From assembly GCA_044225365.1 (NCBI GenBank), contig JBGAIQ010000014.1, positions 64,001 to 128,000 of the forward strand: a stretch of DNA of 64,000 nt, read 5' to 3'. The position numbers were made by a program, and so were the translations under genes. Under the pieces are notes generated by a model. The model was not told where the DNA came from. It saw only the letters and a program-made list of their open reading frames with translations, and did no database searches. Origin of the DNA: Planctomycetota bacterium. GTDB taxonomy: Bacteria; Planctomycetota; B15-G4; JADJEK01. Of this stretch, positions 61,430 to 64,000 are shown in pieces; positions within the stretch are counted from its first letter, which is position 1, and each line of letters begins with the position of its first letter.

Positions 61430-61613
61430 GCGAAGATGCCCTCCGAGGATCCGATGGACGTACATCGGATGATTCGAAGGCGAATCCGTAGCGAGCGCGC
61501 GCTCGACGGCGGCAACGCCGCGCAGACTCCCTCAACCATCGCGCGTCGATCGTCGAAGAAGGGTGACAGTGCGCCCGTCGGGGGCGCTTCGGCTTCTCCT
61601 CGGGAACCCTTGC

Positions 61614-63245
61614 ATGCCGCTCCATCGCATCCGTTTCGCCTCGGTCCTCCTCGCTGCCTCGTGCCTCCTCTCGTTCTGCCTTTCCGCTCGAGCCGCGGAG
61701 TTGACCGCTCAGCAGAAGCAGTTCCTGACGAACATCGAGCAACGCCTATCGGAGGTGAAGGCCAACCTCAAGACCGCGCAGGACACGCTCGGAACGGATG
61801 CCAAGAAGCCCACGACATCCCAGACGAAGCTCGCGCTCGTCCGCTCGGGTCAGGCCCGCGCCGATCTCACGGTCGTGAAGGAAGCCGTGAAGAAGCTCCC
61901 GGCCGATGATGCCGCGGTGAAATCGGTCGCGGATCAATGCGACTCGATCGAGAAGTCGCTCGATGAACTCGACGCGAAGATCAAAGGCGACGCTCCGCCC
62001 GCGAAGGCGCCCGCCGCTGGAACCAAGCTCGACTACAAGCAGGAGCAGGCCCTGAAGGACTGCCTCTTCTATCTGCGCGAGATCCAAGGCGCGGCGGATG
62101 CGCTCGCGGGCGTCGTCGATCAAGTGAGGGCGGCGAAGGACGTCGACCGGATCGATCATCGCTTGCTCGCGTCGTCCGAGGCGACGATCGCAAAGGCGAA
62201 GGACCGCAAGAAAGCGATCGACGATCGACTCGCCACTCTGCCCGCCGATGGAACGGGTGTGAAAGAAGCGCGGAGCGACACGGATGCGGCGATGGCACGC
62301 GTCGATTCCGCCGCCGCGAATCTCGGCCCGATCCAAGAGCGCGTAAAGAAGTTGATCGACCCCGCGACGCACCCGACTCTCGACGCCGACGTCAAGCGCC
62401 TTCAAGGACTGGGCCAGATGTTCTCGGATCCTGGGATCCTGGTCGGCGATCGGAAGCACGCGGCGACGATCTGCCTGCAGCGCAAGGCCGCGCACGAGGA
62501 ACTCGATCGAATCGCGCAGGCTTACGACGCACTCGTGAGCCAGCAGACGCCCGACGGCAAGAAGGTCGAGGGCGTCGCGAAGTTCCTCGCAGAGAACCTT
62601 GCGAAGTTCGACGCTGCCGCGAACGCGACCGCATCGGCGCTTCCCGGAGAGATCGAATCCGATATCGCCGCCGTGCTGAAGATGACGGACGACGCCGTCG
62701 CGAGTGAGAAGACCGCGTTCTTCACCGGCGGCATTCCGCAGAGCGTGTCGAACTTGGGAGCGAAGATCGAACTCCTCGCTGCGCTCGATCCCAGGGCTGG
62801 AGAGACCGCGACGGCATCGCTCCAGTCCGCAAAGCGGCAGATCGTCGAGAAGCAGCGGTCGCTACGCGAGAAGATCATCGATCAGAACGACTTGCCACCC
62901 GATCGCTACACCGCAGCCGACCGCCAGAAGCTGGCGGACGCAGCGATCGCAAGATGGGTCGAGCTGGAGCCGAAGGCGAAGATCCTCGCGGTCCGAATTC
63001 CCTCCGACCGCTGGAGCCGCGACGCAATGTGGCGACTCGAGAACCGGACCTGGTACTGGATCGACCGTTCGAAACTCCAGGTCCAGCTCATCGTTCAGCA
63101 GGACGAACAGCTCGCCGCGATCCGACCGATCGACCTCTACATCGATCACGTCGACGGTGACAAGCTGTCCGCGATCCCGTTCCACGACTCGGTCGGATCG
63201 GAGCTGGCTCCGCACGAGATCCTGCGCGTCGCGAAGGTCCGCTGA
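61614..63245 (+). CDS. Secreted, mostly alpha-helical hypothetical protein
   Basis: Signal peptide ending ARA; long Ala/Lys/Asp-rich helical stretches; Trp-rich beta C-terminus; GC3-biased frame. Confidence 0.7.
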   Translation: MPLHRIRFASVLLAASCLLSFCLSARAAELTAQQKQFLTNIEQRLSEVKANLKTAQDTLGTDAKKPTTSQTKLALVRSGQARADLTVVKEAVKKLPADDAAVKSVADQCDSIEKSLDELDAKIKGDAPPAKAPAAGTKLDYKQEQALKDCLFYLREIQGAADALAGVVDQVRAAKDVDRIDHRLLASSEATIAKAKDRKKAIDDRLATLPADGTGVKEARSDTDAAMARVDSAAANLGPIQERVKKLIDPATHPTLDADVKRLQGLGQMFSDPGILVGDRKHAATICLQRKAAHEELDRIAQAYDALVSQQTPDGKKVEGVAKFLAENLAKFDAAANATASALPGEIESDIAAVLKMTDDAVASEKTAFFTGGIPQSVSNLGAKIELLAALDPRAGETATASLQSAKRQIVEKQRSLREKIIDQNDLPPDRYTAADRQKLADAAIARWVELEPKAKILAVRIPSDRWSRDAMWRLENRTWYWIDRSKLQVQLIVQQDEQLAAIRPIDLYIDHVDGDKLSAIPFHDSVGSELAPHEILRVAKVR

Positions 63246-63264
63246 TCTCCAGGGAGCCGAATCG

Positions 63265-64000
63265 TCACTCCTTGTCGGTCGGGTCGTTGAAGAGAATCGT
63301 CAGCAGGATGCTTCCGTGTCCCTTCTGCGGAAACGCCGGATCGCTCGGATTGCCGGGATTCAGATTCGATGCCGTGTCGTCCGGCGGAAACAGGACCAGC
63401 GACTGGAGGAATGCGAGGACCGCGACTTCATCCGTCGCCGAAAGGCCCTGGTAGCGATCACGCGAAAGTCGCGCCTCTCCGCCGTGACGAAGGATGACTT
63501 CACTCAACGTCGCGCTGCGACCATCGTGTCCGTATGGACCGGTCGTGCCCACCCCCCACAGCGGCTCCGTCATGAACTGCTTCGTCGTGGTTCCGTCGAA
63601 GTTGTTCTCGTGGAAACCGGCGCCGAGGTCGTGCCGCTTGAGGTCGGTGAAGACGTTCTTCACGACGAAGGACCCTCCCGCGGGGAGTTTCTTGTCGGGC
63701 AGCCCCGTCCCGTCGTTGACGACGAGGGTCTTCAGCGTCGCGGTCGCGAACAGGCTGTTGAAGTTGCCCGCCGCGAGAACAGGGTCGTAGACCGTTTCGA
63801 CGTCCGCGACGCGCCGGTCGTGCTCGATCGTGAGGTCCGCCACGTGGCAATCGGCGCATCCGATCGCGTCGAACACTTTTCGACCTTGGACGGTCACCGC
63901 GTTCTGCTCGTAGAGTCCGGGCTTGAAGTAGTTCAGCAGGTAGAACTCCATGTAGTCGACGATCGCGACGTCGACTTCGTTGGCGACGCCATCTCCGTCG
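63265..64000 (-). CDS. Di-heme oxidoreductase (DHOR) family protein, 3' part (runs off the window end)
   Basis: G...F..IGCADCH, FTDLKRHDLG, T.PLWGVG.T.PY.HDGR......ILRHGGEA. Confidence 0.85.
   Translation of the reverse strand, partial: DGDGVANEVDVAIVDYMEFYLLNYFKPGLYEQNAVTVQGRKVFDAIGCADCHVADLTIEHDRRVADVETVYDPVLAAGNFNSLFATATLKTLVVNDGTGLPDKKLPAGGSFVVKNVFTDLKRHDLGAGFHENNFDGTTTKQFMTEPLWGVGTTGPYGHDGRSATLSEVILRHGGEARLSRDRYQGLSATDEVAVLAFLQSLVLFPPDDTASNLNPGNPSDPAFPQKGHGSILLTILFNDPTDKE

Overview
High-GC bacterial window. The PSCyt/PSD1, DUF1501 and DUF1800 genes, the TIGR02999-type ECF sigma and the sulfatase point to a Planctomycetota genome (inference). It holds about 46 plausible CDS, with no rRNA, tRNA, CRISPR array or transposase visible. 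The most striking feature is a single 1047-codon ORF joining an apparently intact threonyl-tRNA synthetase to an apparently intact L-threonine 3-dehydrogenase, while the usual tdh partner kbl sits alone about 24 kb away. Other highlights: (1) a lysine riboswitch with a ribosome-binding-site (RBS)-sequestering hairpin heading a seven-gene succinylase-type dap operon; (2) two families of REP-like palindromes, one forming tandem arrays at two loci; (3) a secreted collagen-like protein of about 113 Gly-X-Y triplets, with a candidate sigma54 promoter and enhancer palindromes upstream next to an internally deleted NtrC-like gene; (4) several secreted proteins sharing C-terminal domains. All family assignments come from motif recognition by eye; no database search was run.
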